A stretch of 64,000 nucleotides of DNA, taken from NCBI GenBank assembly GCA_041640595.1, contig JBEPZY010000003.1, forward strand, positions 244,773 to 308,772, read 5' to 3'. This document shows positions 1 to 10,500 of the stretch, in pieces. The notes beneath the pieces are model-generated. The model saw only the letters and a program-made list of their open reading frames with translations, was not told where the DNA came from and made no database searches. Numbering within the stretch: the stretch's first letter is position 1; each line of letters begins with the position of its first letter. A program made the translations under genes and the position numbers. This stretch comes from Gemmatales bacterium. Lineage in GTDB: Bacteria > Planctomycetota > Planctomycetia > Gemmatales > HRBIN36.

Positions 1-240
1 GGGACTGTTTGCGCTGTCAATTCGTTGTCAGTGCCACCCGGACTGGATGCCTGCGATAACGAGGTTGCCTGGACGCGTTGGGCCTCTGGTTCAGTCATGA
101 CCTTCCCCGTAGCTTGTAGAAAAAGGACATGCATCCGACCTACCAGAGAAAGATAGCTGCCAAAAGAAGTGTACGCTCCTGGGCGGCGCAGGCAATACTT
201 TGCCGCTCCACACAAAGACTGCTCAGCTCCTGGAAACGCT

Positions 241-1362
241 ATGACCGCACCGGAACATGTTCTCGGACTGGACATCGGCGGCGCCAATCTAAAGGCGGCG
301 ACAGCCAGTGGCTGGGCCAGGACAATTCCTTTCGCCTTATGGCGCCAACCAGAAAGGCTGGCCCAGCAATTGAAGGAACTGGTGCAACAATTTCCTGAGC
401 CGCAGGTCCTGGCGGTTACCATGACGGGAGAGCTATGCGATTGCTTTCCGGACAAGGCGAGTGGTGTTCGGCACATTCTCAGCGCGGTGCAACAAGTCGC
501 CGGTCGCGCGACCGTGACGGTCTGGACAAGCGACGCTCGCTTCGTTTCTCTCGAAACGCTCTGGCATCAACCGAGGCTGGCCGCATCGGCCAACTGGCTG
601 GCACTTGCCTATCTGGCTGCCGAGCTATTGTACCAACGCCAGCGGGGTACACTTTCGCTGGCCAACGTGCCGCCGATGGAAACGTTTTCCAGCAGTAGTG
701 CAGTTCCGCCACCCTCGCAGCTTCGCCACGACTGGCAGATGTTGCTCGACCTCGGTTCGACTACCACGGACATCGTGCCCATTATGGACGGAAAACCGAT
801 TCCGCAAGGCAAAACTGACCTGCAACGCCTGGAGCAGGGCGAACTAATTTACCTGGGAGTGCGTCGCACACCTTTGTGCGCCTTATTGGCTGCGGTATCG
901 CTCGCCGAAAAGGAGTTTCGACCGGCCGCCGAATGGTTTGCTGACATTTACGATGCTTTTTTGGTGCTGGATATGGTACCGGAGCAGCCCGAGCTGCGGC
1001 AGACAGCTGATGGCCGACCGGCTACGCGAAGCTGGGCACGAGTGCGACTGGCTCGTATGCTCTGTGCAGAACCGGACGAGCTTGGCGAAGCCGACCTGCG
1101 CCAGGTGGCTCACGCCGCTGTTGCCAGCTGGGAACGAGAATGGCATCGAGTGTGGCAGCTTTGGTTACAGCGTTTCGGCAGGCCCCCTGGCGTGGTTATG
1201 CTGAGCGGCGAAGGGGAATGGTGGGGCAGGTACCTGCTTCGCAACAGCGGTTATCAGGGCCAAACGATTTCCCTCGGCCAGCTTTTAGGCCCATCGGTTT
1301 CGCAAGCCGCCTGCGCCTATGCGGTGGCTAAGCTCTCTCTGACCCAGCAGGCTCACAGGTAG
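241..1362 (+). CDS. Hydantoinase/oxoprolinase-family protein, H4MPT/methanofuran-linked (MfnF/Orf9-like)
   Basis: LGLDIGGANLKAA, AVTMTGELCDCF, ASANWLA, LDLGSTTTDIVPI and TADGRP motifs; ATG at 241 preferred over GTG at 169. Confidence 0.8.
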   Translation: MTAPEHVLGLDIGGANLKAATASGWARTIPFALWRQPERLAQQLKELVQQFPEPQVLAVTMTGELCDCFPDKASGVRHILSAVQQVAGRATVTVWTSDARFVSLETLWHQPRLAASANWLALAYLAAELLYQRQRGTLSLANVPPMETFSSSSAVPPPSQLRHDWQMLLDLGSTTTDIVPIMDGKPIPQGKTDLQRLEQGELIYLGVRRTPLCALLAAVSLAEKEFRPAAEWFADIYDAFLVLDMVPEQPELRQTADGRPATRSWARVRLARMLCAEPDELGEADLRQVAHAAVASWEREWHRVWQLWLQRFGRPPGVVMLSGEGEWWGRYLLRNSGYQGQTISLGQLLGPSVSQAACAYAVAKLSLTQQAHR

Positions 1363-2066
1363 AGCAAATCCACTTGCTGGTCGGCATGTTTGGAGGCATC
1401 GTACCAGGCGACCGAATTGTCCACCAGTCGGCCGGGGTTGATCACCAGGGTGTGTGCGACACGTTGCCAGCCACGGTGTTCGGTCGGGCCACCGACCAGG
1501 CACAGACTCGGATGATAGCTATCCAGAAATTCGCCAACTATCCGATTGCCATGGTGTCCACCCAGTTGACCGGACGGCGGTTGGCTGAGCACGAGTACTT
1601 TCCGCGACTGATCCGATTCCCACAGTTTGCGCAGGTAATATTCGGCGAGAGAGCGGGAGGTACGAACGCGGTTTTCGGAAAGCTCTTCGTGTTCGGTAAT
1701 CTCGCCCCCTACGCCGCAGATGGCCATGTCGGCGTCTTCCAGCAGGGTGGCATGAATGAGGTGCAGTTTGGGATGTTCACCCTCTTCATACATGCCGAGG
1801 CGAAGGAAATGGCGAAGCGGGGCATCGGCCGGGCCAGGCAAGACAGCGGTCAGTACCCCGCTCTCCGCAATACTGCCAATGGCATCGAAAAACTGTTCCC
1901 ATAACCGCAACAGCTCCCCTTCGCTGCTACGGTCTCGCTGCTCAGCGTCCACGACTCCGCCGGTGAACACTACCAGGTCGGCTTTCAGATCGTGAGCCGC
2001 CTTCTTGAGCAAATCAATCTTTCCCAGCTGTCCGTTGATCTGTCCAGCTACCAGTAATCGTCTCAT
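1353..2066 (-). CDS. Metallophosphoesterase-fold protein (TT1561-like), metal ligands degenerate
   Basis: Calcineurin-like motif spacing (ADLVVFTGG, VLPGPAD, VINPGRL), but DxH, GDxxD, GNH and GHxH are substituted. Confidence 0.65.
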   Translation of the reverse strand: MRRLLVAGQINGQLGKIDLLKKAAHDLKADLVVFTGGVVDAEQRDRSSEGELLRLWEQFFDAIGSIAESGVLTAVLPGPADAPLRHFLRLGMYEEGEHPKLHLIHATLLEDADMAICGVGGEITEHEELSENRVRTSRSLAEYYLRKLWESDQSRKVLVLSQPPSGQLGGHHGNRIVGEFLDSYHPSLCLVGGPTEHRGWQRVAHTLVINPGRLVDNSVAWYDASKHADQQVDLLYL

Positions 2067-2140
2067 GGCGTTCCCTCCTGATGGTGGGTCTAAAGGAAAA
2101 GTATGGTGCCTGGGTCACGAGGCGGGTAAGCCTATCCGTT

Positions 2141-3295
2141 TCAGTAGCGCAGCAGTGCAGCAATTCCGTCGCATTCTTCCAGGGCGGGACTGTTCCAGTA
2201 ACGGACGTGTGCGGACTGGCTGAGAGCGACGCGCACGGCTTCTTCGTAGATGTCGGGGACATGATTGACGCTGCCGCCACACTCAATGCAAGGCCCGCCG
2301 CTGAGGTGCAACCGCTGGCACTGAGTGCACACGTGGCCGTGGTAGCGCGTGTTCGGTTGCACCAGCAGATGGCCGACTCGCTGTTCCCACAGGGCACGGA
2401 AAACGCGCTCCGGACCTTTTGCCTGGCGTTCCGGTGGTGCCTCGTTGAGCTCTCGCCAGACCTGTTCAGCCTGGCGCTGGAGCAATTGACTCTCCTCCTG
2501 TTCGAGCCGTTTCTGCAACTCTGTTTTCGCGGCATGCACGGAAACTTCCCAGCGTGCGATGATCCGCTCCCTGAGATAGCGGTGCAGATGGCTCTCGAAT
2601 TGCGGCAGAATCTCCCACAATCCTCCGACAATGAGATACCGAAACGGCTCCTGCTCCCACAAACGCAAGGCGTTGTACGCAACCCGATCAAAATGGTGAT
2701 GGAAATATTCCACGTGCTTACGACGAAACTGCAATTCGCCAAAAGCATCGGGAATGCGGATTTTCGGAGGAATCTCGTCGAAAATGTAGCTCATTTCCTC
2801 TATCTGGCCCAGATACCCCAGGTACAACCGCGCTTCGTCCTTGTCCACCAGCACTATACCAAACAGGTCCGACTGATCGAGCACCTGGTGCAGGGGCCAG
2901 AGCACGAAACGGTCTTCGAGGAAGTAGCGGGAATGCACCGGCCAGGGAAGCGGTAACGCATAGGCCAGGTTCACGGGAGACGCCAGAAAGCAGGCCAGCC
3001 CGCGTAAGCCCCTTCGACCGGCACTGAGCGTCGCCAGTTCCTGGATCAGTTCTGTTTCACGCAATAATCGCTGACGTTCACCGTTGCTGATGGGCAACTG
3101 GCCAATTTTTTCGTGCAGGTGGCGGAGACTGTTTTTGGCAGCGATGCGAATGCCTTCGGCGTCTCCCCATCGCGACGGGTCCATATCCAGGTACACGCTC
3201 AGCAGTAGCTCACCGGGACGGTGCACTTCGCCCAGTTGCTTGAGCAATCGGCGCGTAATCACTCCCTCGTAAAGTGGCAGCTGGTGCAATGCCAT
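2141..3295 (-). CDS. Bacterial archaeo-eukaryotic release factor 1-like protein (baeRF10-type; possible hibernation factor)
   Basis: LLSVYLD, GLACF, IVLVDKDEARLY, LIVGG, CxxC..CxxCG zinc ribbon, C-terminal GIAALLRY; GAGGGA RBS before ATG 3295. Confidence 0.75.
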   Translation of the reverse strand: MALHQLPLYEGVITRRLLKQLGEVHRPGELLLSVYLDMDPSRWGDAEGIRIAAKNSLRHLHEKIGQLPISNGERQRLLRETELIQELATLSAGRRGLRGLACFLASPVNLAYALPLPWPVHSRYFLEDRFVLWPLHQVLDQSDLFGIVLVDKDEARLYLGYLGQIEEMSYIFDEIPPKIRIPDAFGELQFRRKHVEYFHHHFDRVAYNALRLWEQEPFRYLIVGGLWEILPQFESHLHRYLRERIIARWEVSVHAAKTELQKRLEQEESQLLQRQAEQVWRELNEAPPERQAKGPERVFRALWEQRVGHLLVQPNTRYHGHVCTQCQRLHLSGGPCIECGGSVNHVPDIYEEAVRVALSQSAHVRYWNSPALEECDGIAALLRY

Positions 3296-3365
3296 CTTGA
3301 GTTCCCTCACTCTGGAGTTCGCAATACGGATCGGTGGAAGCCTGGAATGATCAGGGAAATCGTCG

Positions 3366-3617
3366 TTAGCCAAATAGCCGGCTCAGCAGTTCGACAATTC
3401 CTCCCAGAACCAGAATCGGACTGATAAGCACCAACACCGCCAAAACAAGTGCAACCAGGAGAATCAACAGGTGCCCGCCCACGCCCACCATCGCCCAGAA
3501 TAATCCCCGCGCGCATTCGACGAGAAATTGCCACCAAGCACGGGATTGCTCCTGCGACGGCGAAGCGGACATCGGTGGAGCAGCGTGCGGTTCGGCAGGG
3601 TTCGCCAGCAGACTCAT
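3366..3617 (-). CDS. Small hypothetical membrane protein
   Basis: Long hydrophobic C-terminal segment; GGAGG upstream of ATG 3617; co-oriented within the operon. Confidence 0.55.
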   Translation of the reverse strand: MSLLANPAEPHAAPPMSASPSQEQSRAWWQFLVECARGLFWAMVGVGGHLLILLVALVLAVLVLISPILVLGGIVELLSRLFG

Positions 3618-3860
3618 GGGTCGCCCTCCTGGGACAGAACCCGCTATCTCCTTCTCCAAGTCCAAAAAGAAAAGCCCGGCAAAAAGGCTTCCGTGCCGGG
3701 TTTCCGTACCGATGTCCGCTTCCATGCTGAACGTCCCTGCCGCGTGCGGGCTTCTTTGCGATGGCTAAATGCTCATCGGCAATGAGCGGGTTTTGCGGTT
3801 ATGCCGCATGCGTCTCTGGTGGTCGCAATTGCTAAGCTTGGGACCAGCCATGTTGGGAAG

Positions 3861-4355
3861 TTATCCGGCTTTGATCGGCACCTTACGCCCTTTTGCCTCG
3901 GGTGATTTGCCGACGTGAATCTCCAGCACGCCGTTGTGATATTTCCCTTCCACGCGGTTGGGATCTACGGCGTTCGGCAAGGTCACCGTCCGGTAGAAGC
4001 TGCGATACCCGGCTTCTTCAACAGTTCGGCCACCGGCTTCTTTTTTCCGCTCGACCTTTTTCTCGGCACGAACGATCAACCGGTTGCCGCTGAGCTGGAC
4101 GTCGAACTCGTTCGGCTCAAATCCGGGGGCGTCCATACGCACCACGTATTCCTTGTCGGTCTCGTTGAAATCGAGGCCACCCCAGCGGAAAAATTCCTCT
4201 TCTTCTGCCGGCACCGGCACACGGCCGAAAAAGCGTTCCAGCAGGCGATCGAACTCTTCCCGTAATCGGGCCAGCGGTTGGAAGAAATCTTCCTGAGAGC
4301 TGACAGGCACCTTGGCCTCCGAGGTTTTCTTTTTCCACGGCAGCAGTCCAAACAT
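3861..4355 (-). CDS. Hsp20/alpha-crystallin small heat shock protein
   Basis: ETDKEYVVRMDAPG, FYRTVTLP, YHNGVLEI; GGAGG RBS. Confidence 0.92.
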   Translation of the reverse strand: MFGLLPWKKKTSEAKVPVSSQEDFFQPLARLREEFDRLLERFFGRVPVPAEEEEFFRWGGLDFNETDKEYVVRMDAPGFEPNEFDVQLSGNRLIVRAEKKVERKKEAGGRTVEEAGYRSFYRTVTLPNAVDPNRVEGKYHNGVLEIHVGKSPEAKGRKVPIKAG

Positions 4356-4474
4356 GGTTGCACCCTCCTTGTTTGGTGGGGTGGTCGGGCGAGCCAGGAA
4401 TTGGAGCGTCGCCCGGCCACCGATTCGCTGTTAGTTGTTGGCGTCCAGCACTTTCACGCCTCCGTCGGGCAGGG

Positions 4475-4864
4475 TTATTCCGCCTTGACGGTGATCCGTT
4501 TCGGCTTGACCGCTTCGCGTTTGGGCAGATGCAGGGTTAGCACGCCCTGCTTCAGTTCGGCGGTAATCTTGTCGGCGTCAATGTCCTCGCTGATGGTGAA
4601 AGTACGGTAGAAATCACCGACGCCGTACTCCCGCAGCACGAACCCTTCTGCCGGACCTCGCGGTGCGACCTTGCCGTGTATCGTCAGTTCGCCGTTTTCA
4701 AAGCGAATGTCCAAATCTTCTGGTCGCACACCGGGCAGGTCGGCGTACAACACGAGTTCGTCTGCGGTTTCCAGAATGTCCACACGCGGCGAGTAATTCA
4801 CGGTGCGAACCGGCTCGGCGGTAGCGACGTCTGAGCGGGTTTGCCGTTTTGCGATGTTGGCCAT
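4475..4864 (-). CDS. Hsp20/alpha-crystallin small heat shock protein
   Basis: PRVDILET, ADLPGV, FYRTF, AELKQGVLTLHLPK; GGAGG RBS. Confidence 0.92.
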   Translation of the reverse strand: MANIAKRQTRSDVATAEPVRTVNYSPRVDILETADELVLYADLPGVRPEDLDIRFENGELTIHGKVAPRGPAEGFVLREYGVGDFYRTFTISEDIDADKITAELKQGVLTLHLPKREAVKPKRITVKAE

Positions 4865-4938
4865 GGCTCGCCTCCTTTCTTTTGTTGATCAAGACCTGCG
4901 AATCCGGAATACCCCCTAGCCTCCACGTCTGTCGGCCA

Positions 4939-5391
4939 TTATTCAGCACGAACGGGGATTTTCTTGGGCCGGCACTCAGCACACTTGGGCATGGTGATCG
5001 TCAGCACGCCGTTTTGCAGCCTGGCTTCCACCTTGTCAGCATCTACGTCCACCGGCAGCGTGATAATGCGGTGGAACACGCCGAACGGCCGCTCTTGGCG
5101 CAGCCACTGACCCTTTTCCACCTGCGGTGCTTTCCGCTCGCCCTTGATGCTGAGCTGGTTGCGACCGGTGACGTAGATTTCAAGGTCTTCCAGGTTCATG
5201 CCCGGCAACTCTGCCTCGGCATAGACGTTCGACTCGTCCTCCCAGATGTTGACGGCCGGGTACCCTAATCCCAATTCCGGCCAGCCGTATGGCTCGAAGC
5301 CCCAGCGCTCGAACAGGCGATCCATTTCGCGGCGGAAATTCTCCATCTCCCGCCACAGTTCGGCAAAGGGTTCCCAACGAGTCCGCGGCAT
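4939..5391 (-). CDS. Hsp20/alpha-crystallin small heat shock protein
   Basis: PAVNIWED, AELPGM, ERPFGVFHR, ARLQNGVLTITMPK; GGAGG RBS. Confidence 0.92.
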   Translation of the reverse strand: MPRTRWEPFAELWREMENFRREMDRLFERWGFEPYGWPELGLGYPAVNIWEDESNVYAEAELPGMNLEDLEIYVTGRNQLSIKGERKAPQVEKGQWLRQERPFGVFHRIITLPVDVDADKVEARLQNGVLTITMPKCAECRPKKIPVRAE

Positions 5392-5500
5392 GTTGCACCT
5401 CCTTTCTTGTTTCTGACCCGTGCCCTGTTCCCCATAGCACGGACCGGCTTCTTTCTGTGTTGATTTTGGCTATCGTTTGTCTTTAGCCATGGGAGAATCA

Positions 5501-5517
5501 AGCAAGTGCCATGCCGA
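5501..5517 (-). promoter_or_regulatory. Putative sigma-54 (-24/-12) promoter for the hsp20 operon
   Basis: Minus strand reads TCGGCATGGCACTTGCT = GG-N10-GC, about 110 bp upstream of the first hsp20. Confidence 0.6.
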
Positions 5518-5664
5518 TAACGCCACCAGAAAACCTGATTACCTAACCTATTGCTGACGCACAGGTTGAGCGATGAAGAAGGGAAAGTACGTAAAGAAAA
5601 TTTCCGAAACTAAAAAGCCATTCTGGCAGTTTTTGTCGAATGCCAGACCAATTCGCCGTGTATA

Positions 5665-5677
5665 TGCCAAAATGGCA
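5665..5677. promoter_or_regulatory. Palindrome TGCCA-AAA-TGGCA, candidate enhancer-binding-protein site
   Basis: Perfect inverted repeat midway between two divergent sigma-54-like promoters in an AT-rich intergenic region. Confidence 0.4.
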
Positions 5678-5801
5678 ATTCAAATGGCCCGGTGCTGGTC
5701 GCCTACTCTGCGTTCTCTTTTGCTGTAACCTCTGGCCGGGTAATGTGTTCGCAGTGATCCCGACGGCCTGGTCATCCAAAGGACTGCTGGCCCGGTTCTT
5801 G

Positions 5802-5818
5802 TCGGCACTGGAATTGCA
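5802..5818 (+). promoter_or_regulatory. Putative sigma-54 (-24/-12) promoter for the HPF-fusion gene
   Basis: TCGGCACTGGAATTGCA = GG-N10-GC, about 60 bp upstream of ATG 5881. Confidence 0.65.
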
Positions 5819-5880
5819 CTCCCTAATAAAAGGGGCAGCATCTGCCGAAAATGCTAAATTTATCAACAAGGAGGCTCAGC

Positions 5881-6927
5881 ATGCGGACCCATGTTACCTT
5901 TCACCATTGCGACAAACCGGTTGCTGCGAACGCCAGTGCTTACTGGGAGAAAAAACTGCCCCGAATCGAACGCCTGCTGGAACATTACGCACCGGACGAA
6001 ACGGAATTGCGGCTAACCGTCTGGCATCACCCCGAGCGAGTGGGGTATGAAGCTCGAGCAGTTCTCCACCTGCCTTCCGGTACCGTGGTGGCTGACGAAA
6101 CCGATAAGGATTTACATGCCGCACTGGACGCCGCTGCCGAGACTCTGGTGCGTGTGCTGAAAAAGCACGAAGAGCGGCTTCGTCACGATGACGTTTACCG
6201 TCGTCATCGTCCCCGTCGCATGGATGTCAGTGCGGCCGGGCCGCTTCTCCAGCGCGACGTGGAGCTCGGCAGGCGAGAAACGTTTTTCCAACTATTGCAA
6301 CCCGTATTACGCAAGCTGCATCGCTATGCACGTCGGGAGTTGCTTCTGATGGAAATGGAAGGACTCCTGCCGCAGCACGAATGGACTGTGGACGATTTGC
6401 TCGACGAAGTTGCCCTGCGTGCCTGGCGGAGATACGACGAGCGTCCCAAGGATGTCGCTCTCGACGTCTGGTTGATGGATCTGTTGCACGAAGTGCTGGG
6501 TGAATGGACACAGGCACCTGCCGCCGAATCCCTCGAACAACCGGTCCCCAGCAGCGAGAAGGAAGAAGAGGAAGAAGAATCGTGGTGGAGTGAGCCACTC
6601 GGCTACAAAGAGGAACTCTACCTGGAAGACCTGCTTCCGGATTATCACGCCGAGCCAAGCTGGGAAGCTCTTTCGAGCACTGAACAGCGGGAAAAACTGC
6701 TTGCCTGGCTGAGCAAACTGCCCGCACCGCAACGCCAGGCCTTTTTGCTGCACGCTTTGGAAGACTACCAGCCATTTGAAATTGCCATGATCCTGGATCG
6801 CAGTGAAGAGCAGGTGCGTAAGGACATCGAAGCAGCGCGTAAGTATCTCGCCGAGCAACTTTGTGCCGCTGGGTACACGACCCCGAAGGCGGGCGCCTCT
6901 GCAACCGAGGAAGATCGTGCATCGTAG
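5881..6927 (+). CDS. HPF/RaiA (S30AE) domain fused to a C-terminal sigma-70 region-4-like domain
   Basis: N-terminal YWEKKLPRIERLL..LHLPSGTVVA..DLHAALDAAAETLVRVLKKH; C-terminal LSKLPAPQRQAFLLHALEDYQPFEIAMILDRSEEQVRKDIEAARKYL; AAGGAGG RBS. Confidence 0.8.
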   Translation: MRTHVTFHHCDKPVAANASAYWEKKLPRIERLLEHYAPDETELRLTVWHHPERVGYEARAVLHLPSGTVVADETDKDLHAALDAAAETLVRVLKKHEERLRHDDVYRRHRPRRMDVSAAGPLLQRDVELGRRETFFQLLQPVLRKLHRYARRELLLMEMEGLLPQHEWTVDDLLDEVALRAWRRYDERPKDVALDVWLMDLLHEVLGEWTQAPAAESLEQPVPSSEKEEEEEESWWSEPLGYKEELYLEDLLPDYHAEPSWEALSSTEQREKLLAWLSKLPAPQRQAFLLHALEDYQPFEIAMILDRSEEQVRKDIEAARKYLAEQLCAAGYTTPKAGASATEEDRAS

Positions 6928-7000
6928 GTTCACTAACTGGCAAAAACCGGTTCCCGTGCGGACGGCATCAGTCTGGTGCTGCTGAATGCCTGGCACCGCT

Positions 7001-7484
7001 GAACACGGCAACCCATCTTTCCTTTCGTTAACGCAACGTGGAGGCGAACGACGGTCGGACTACGTCTGCCGGCGAACACGGTAACCCACCTTTCTTTTCG
7101 TCGCCGCAACGCCAAGCTGTGCCGCGATGCCTGCTTATTCGGTGGACTAAACAGTCACGTTGCCCGAGTTGGCCCGCCGTCACCGCAGCCGACAGCGTCA
7201 TCGGCTTCGCTGATTCTGGACTCCCCGCGTAATGTGGAACAGATGGGGCTAGTGGCATCCCTTGCAGGTGGGGTAATCCGCAGCAACGATGCGAATGTGA
7301 AGCTCGTCGTCGGGCTAATCCCGAATCTATAGCCGCTAACCGACACCCTCCTCGTCCGTAACGAAACGAATGTGAATCTCGTCGTCGGGCTAACGGCGTT
7401 GCCAGCAGGCGAGCTAATTCAATCCGGCAAGCGTCAGTGGTTCCGCTGTGACCAGCTAATGGCCGTTGCCTGCAGGCGACCTAA
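7001..7484. repeat. Three repeat-insert-repeat duplications: 7001-7038/7074-7111 (38 bp), 7283-7318/7358-7393 (36 bp), 7389-7417/7455-7484 (29-30 bp)
   Basis: Direct alignment by eye; unique inserts of 35, 39 and 37 bp. Confidence 0.8.
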
Positions 7485-7538
7485 GGCCCTCCGGCCGAAC
7501 GGCTCGCCAGTGCTAATCGCCGGCAGAAACGGGTCGGA

Positions 7539-10500
7539 CTAAGGAGCAGCGCCGCGGGATTTTTGCAGCTCCTGCCAGACGGCCAGCAAGTCTTTATGTT
7601 CCGGATCGTCCAGCAGTTGGCGGAAGCGCGGTTGCAGTTCTGGTTCCTGCCAGAAACTGGCCAGCAGTTCGGCAGTGCGACGCATGGCTAACTCACGCTG
7701 TTTCGGTTCCGGCAGGCGTTTCGCTTCCTGATATTTGCAGTAAACCAGGTTGTAGCAAGCGTCCAGGTAAACCCGTCGGATCATGCCACCTCGTTCCAGA
7801 TGTGGCTGCAAGGCCGTGCGTAATTGATCCCAGCGAGCAATAGCACCGCGCGGACCGCTGTAAAGCTCCTGCTCCTGCATGAGCAGAATCTGCAGGGCCA
7901 CGTATTGCGGATGTTTTTCGAGTTTGGCTTTTTTCATGCCTTCCAGCAGTATTTTGTCGGCTTCTAGCAGCAGGGCAGTGGCCTTGTCGGGCATGTTGGC
8001 TTTCTTGAGCGTCTGTGCTTGCAGTCGCATGCTGTCCACTTCCAGATACAGCGCCTGGCCATAAATCCGCGTTTGTTCTTCGGCGCTGGTCTCCGGAAGG
8101 TTGAAAGCCTGTTCACGGAGTCCGCGCGCCACCTGGGCTGCGGCTTCGTGTTCGCCGATGCTCTGGTAGCTGGTAACGATCCAGAAGCGAAACTCTGTGG
8201 GCAGTTTTTCGTCCTTGCTGAGGTCGTCGAGGAAGGCCTTGAAATTACGGCGTGTTTGTTCCAGTTCTTTAGCAGCCGCGGGACCCTGGCTTTCAAGCAA
8301 GCGGATTTGTTCGCGCAACTGTGTGCCCATTTCTCGCAAGATCGGCAACACCCCCTGGCCGAGTTCTTGTTGCTTTCCGGCACGATAAAGCTCTTGCAGC
8401 AGTTTCCTCGCCTCATCCATCCGCTTGAGTTGCACATAACTACGCAGAGCCAGCGTGATTACTCGTCCGGTGGTCCCCTGGGGTAAACTGGCGGGCAATT
8501 CGTTTTTGATAGCCCGCGGCAAAATGACCTGCAGATACTTGAGGGATTCGTCCGGTTTATTGATCAAAGCCAGGGCTTCGGCCAGGAAAACGAGTGCCTG
8601 GATGTAACGGGTTTCTTCGGGACTATTCGGAGTGGGTTTGCTCTTATCGTATGCTGCCAGAGCATCGCGTAAAAGTTTAATGGCCTTATCCAGATCGGGA
8701 GAGGGGGTGGACAGTGGTTTCCCCTCCTTGGTCATTAGCGTGGCGTGAAGACGAAACGCCAGTTCGCCAGCCTCGGCGCAAGCGGCGGCGTAGAAGGGTG
8801 AGTTAGGACTCACCGCCTCCCATTGCTTCAGGGCATCCCGATGGCGACCGTTTGCAAAGTAGATAAATCCGAGGCGAAATCTGGCCGTATCGGCTTCCGG
8901 TTCTTTCGGCCAACGCTCGACGATGAGTTCGGCCATGCGGCGCAAGCGCTGGGCATCGGCCACCAGAGCGGCTGGATTGTCGCGCTGGCGCTGAACCAGT
9001 TCACCGTACAAGGTCATGGCCGCCAGGGCAGCTCGGCGAGCGGTCGCCGGACTGAACCGCGGCTCCTGAGCGGCGTATTCGAGCAACACGGCGGCCCGGT
9101 AGAGATCACCTTGCCCCTGCAGGTAACCACTGACCAGGTACTGCAACAGGTTCTCCCGGTCGCTAACGCTGGCTTCTGCACCGGCGCGTTGCCAGGCGCG
9201 ACGCGCTGCTGTCAACAGATTCGTGAAGTGCTCCTGAACCTGCTGTTGCAATTTTTGCTTTTCTTCGGCAGATGCCTTTTCGATGGCTTGCAATTTTTCC
9301 TGGATTTCCTCAGCTTCGAGGCTGGCACGGAGCAGAAGTTCCTCGAAGGTGGTCAGTTCTTCTATGCGGCGTGCGGTTACCCGCCCGGAAAGGCGCAAGG
9401 TGTTGAACTTCACCCATCGGGCAACGTTGGCAAATTCCGGATTGCCTTCGATGTCTTTATCAAGCAGGCTCAGTACCTGGTCCACCATTTTCTGGCCCGT
9501 GGGGCTTTGCCGGACAGGGGGTTTCATCTCCTGCAGTTCATCGCGGATGGTCATGGCCAGAATGAGCCGCAAATGCTGCGCTTCTCGGGAGGAATAAACG
9601 GTTTTGAAGTCCGGGCTCTTGGGTGAAGCGAAAGAATTGAGCCAGGTGCGGATGTCGTTTTGCAGGGCCAGCCTTTCTTTGGCAGGCAAGCCAGGCGCAT
9701 AACGCCCGCGGATGCGGAAATAGCCGACGAGACGTTTGGCTTCGAAAGCTAACGGCTCTTTTACGGACTCAATGAGCTTGAAAGCGTTTTGCTGCTCGGT
9801 TTCGTTGAGGCCGGACTGACTCACGCCATACCACGCCCATCCGACCCAACCCAACGCATGCTCTTTACGGAAATCAAACATGGTCTTGAACAACTCCGCT
9901 GCCTGCTGGCGTGTCTTACCGGCGTCAGCCTCTTGCTTGAGGTAACGCTGCTGAAGGATAGATTTGGCCAGGAGCGCGCGACCGTGTTCCAGCAACGTTT
10001 GCAGATACATCTCGGTGCGGTTACGGGCGGTGCCGAGCTGAGTTTTCAACATTCCCTCCGCCTGGGTGAACATCTTGTCGGCCTGGTCGAAGATTTGCAC
10101 CGCATGTTTGGCCAGCTCAACCTGCGCGCTCTTATCAGCGGTGTAAGTAATTTCGCTTACTTTACCATGTCCTTCATCCGCCAGTAACGTGGCCAGTTGC
10201 CGATAGGCCTCGCCCAGTGCCGGGCTTTTGGATTTGGCCTTATCGTTGACAAACGCTTGATACATATTGCGTGCCTCGTCGAGCAACCGTCGGCGTTCGG
10301 AATCCTGTGTGGCCTGGGCAGCCTGTTGCCGTTTGGCCGATGCTTCCTCCATATACAACCAGTCGCGGACGTCTTCCGGTACGTCTTTGCGTTGCCGCAA
10401 CTGCGCGGAATACTCGTCGGCCAGGTCGTAAAATCCACGTTGTCGGAGACCGCGAATGAAATCCAGATAAGGTGGGGTGGCTGCCGGTTCCTGTGCCAAC

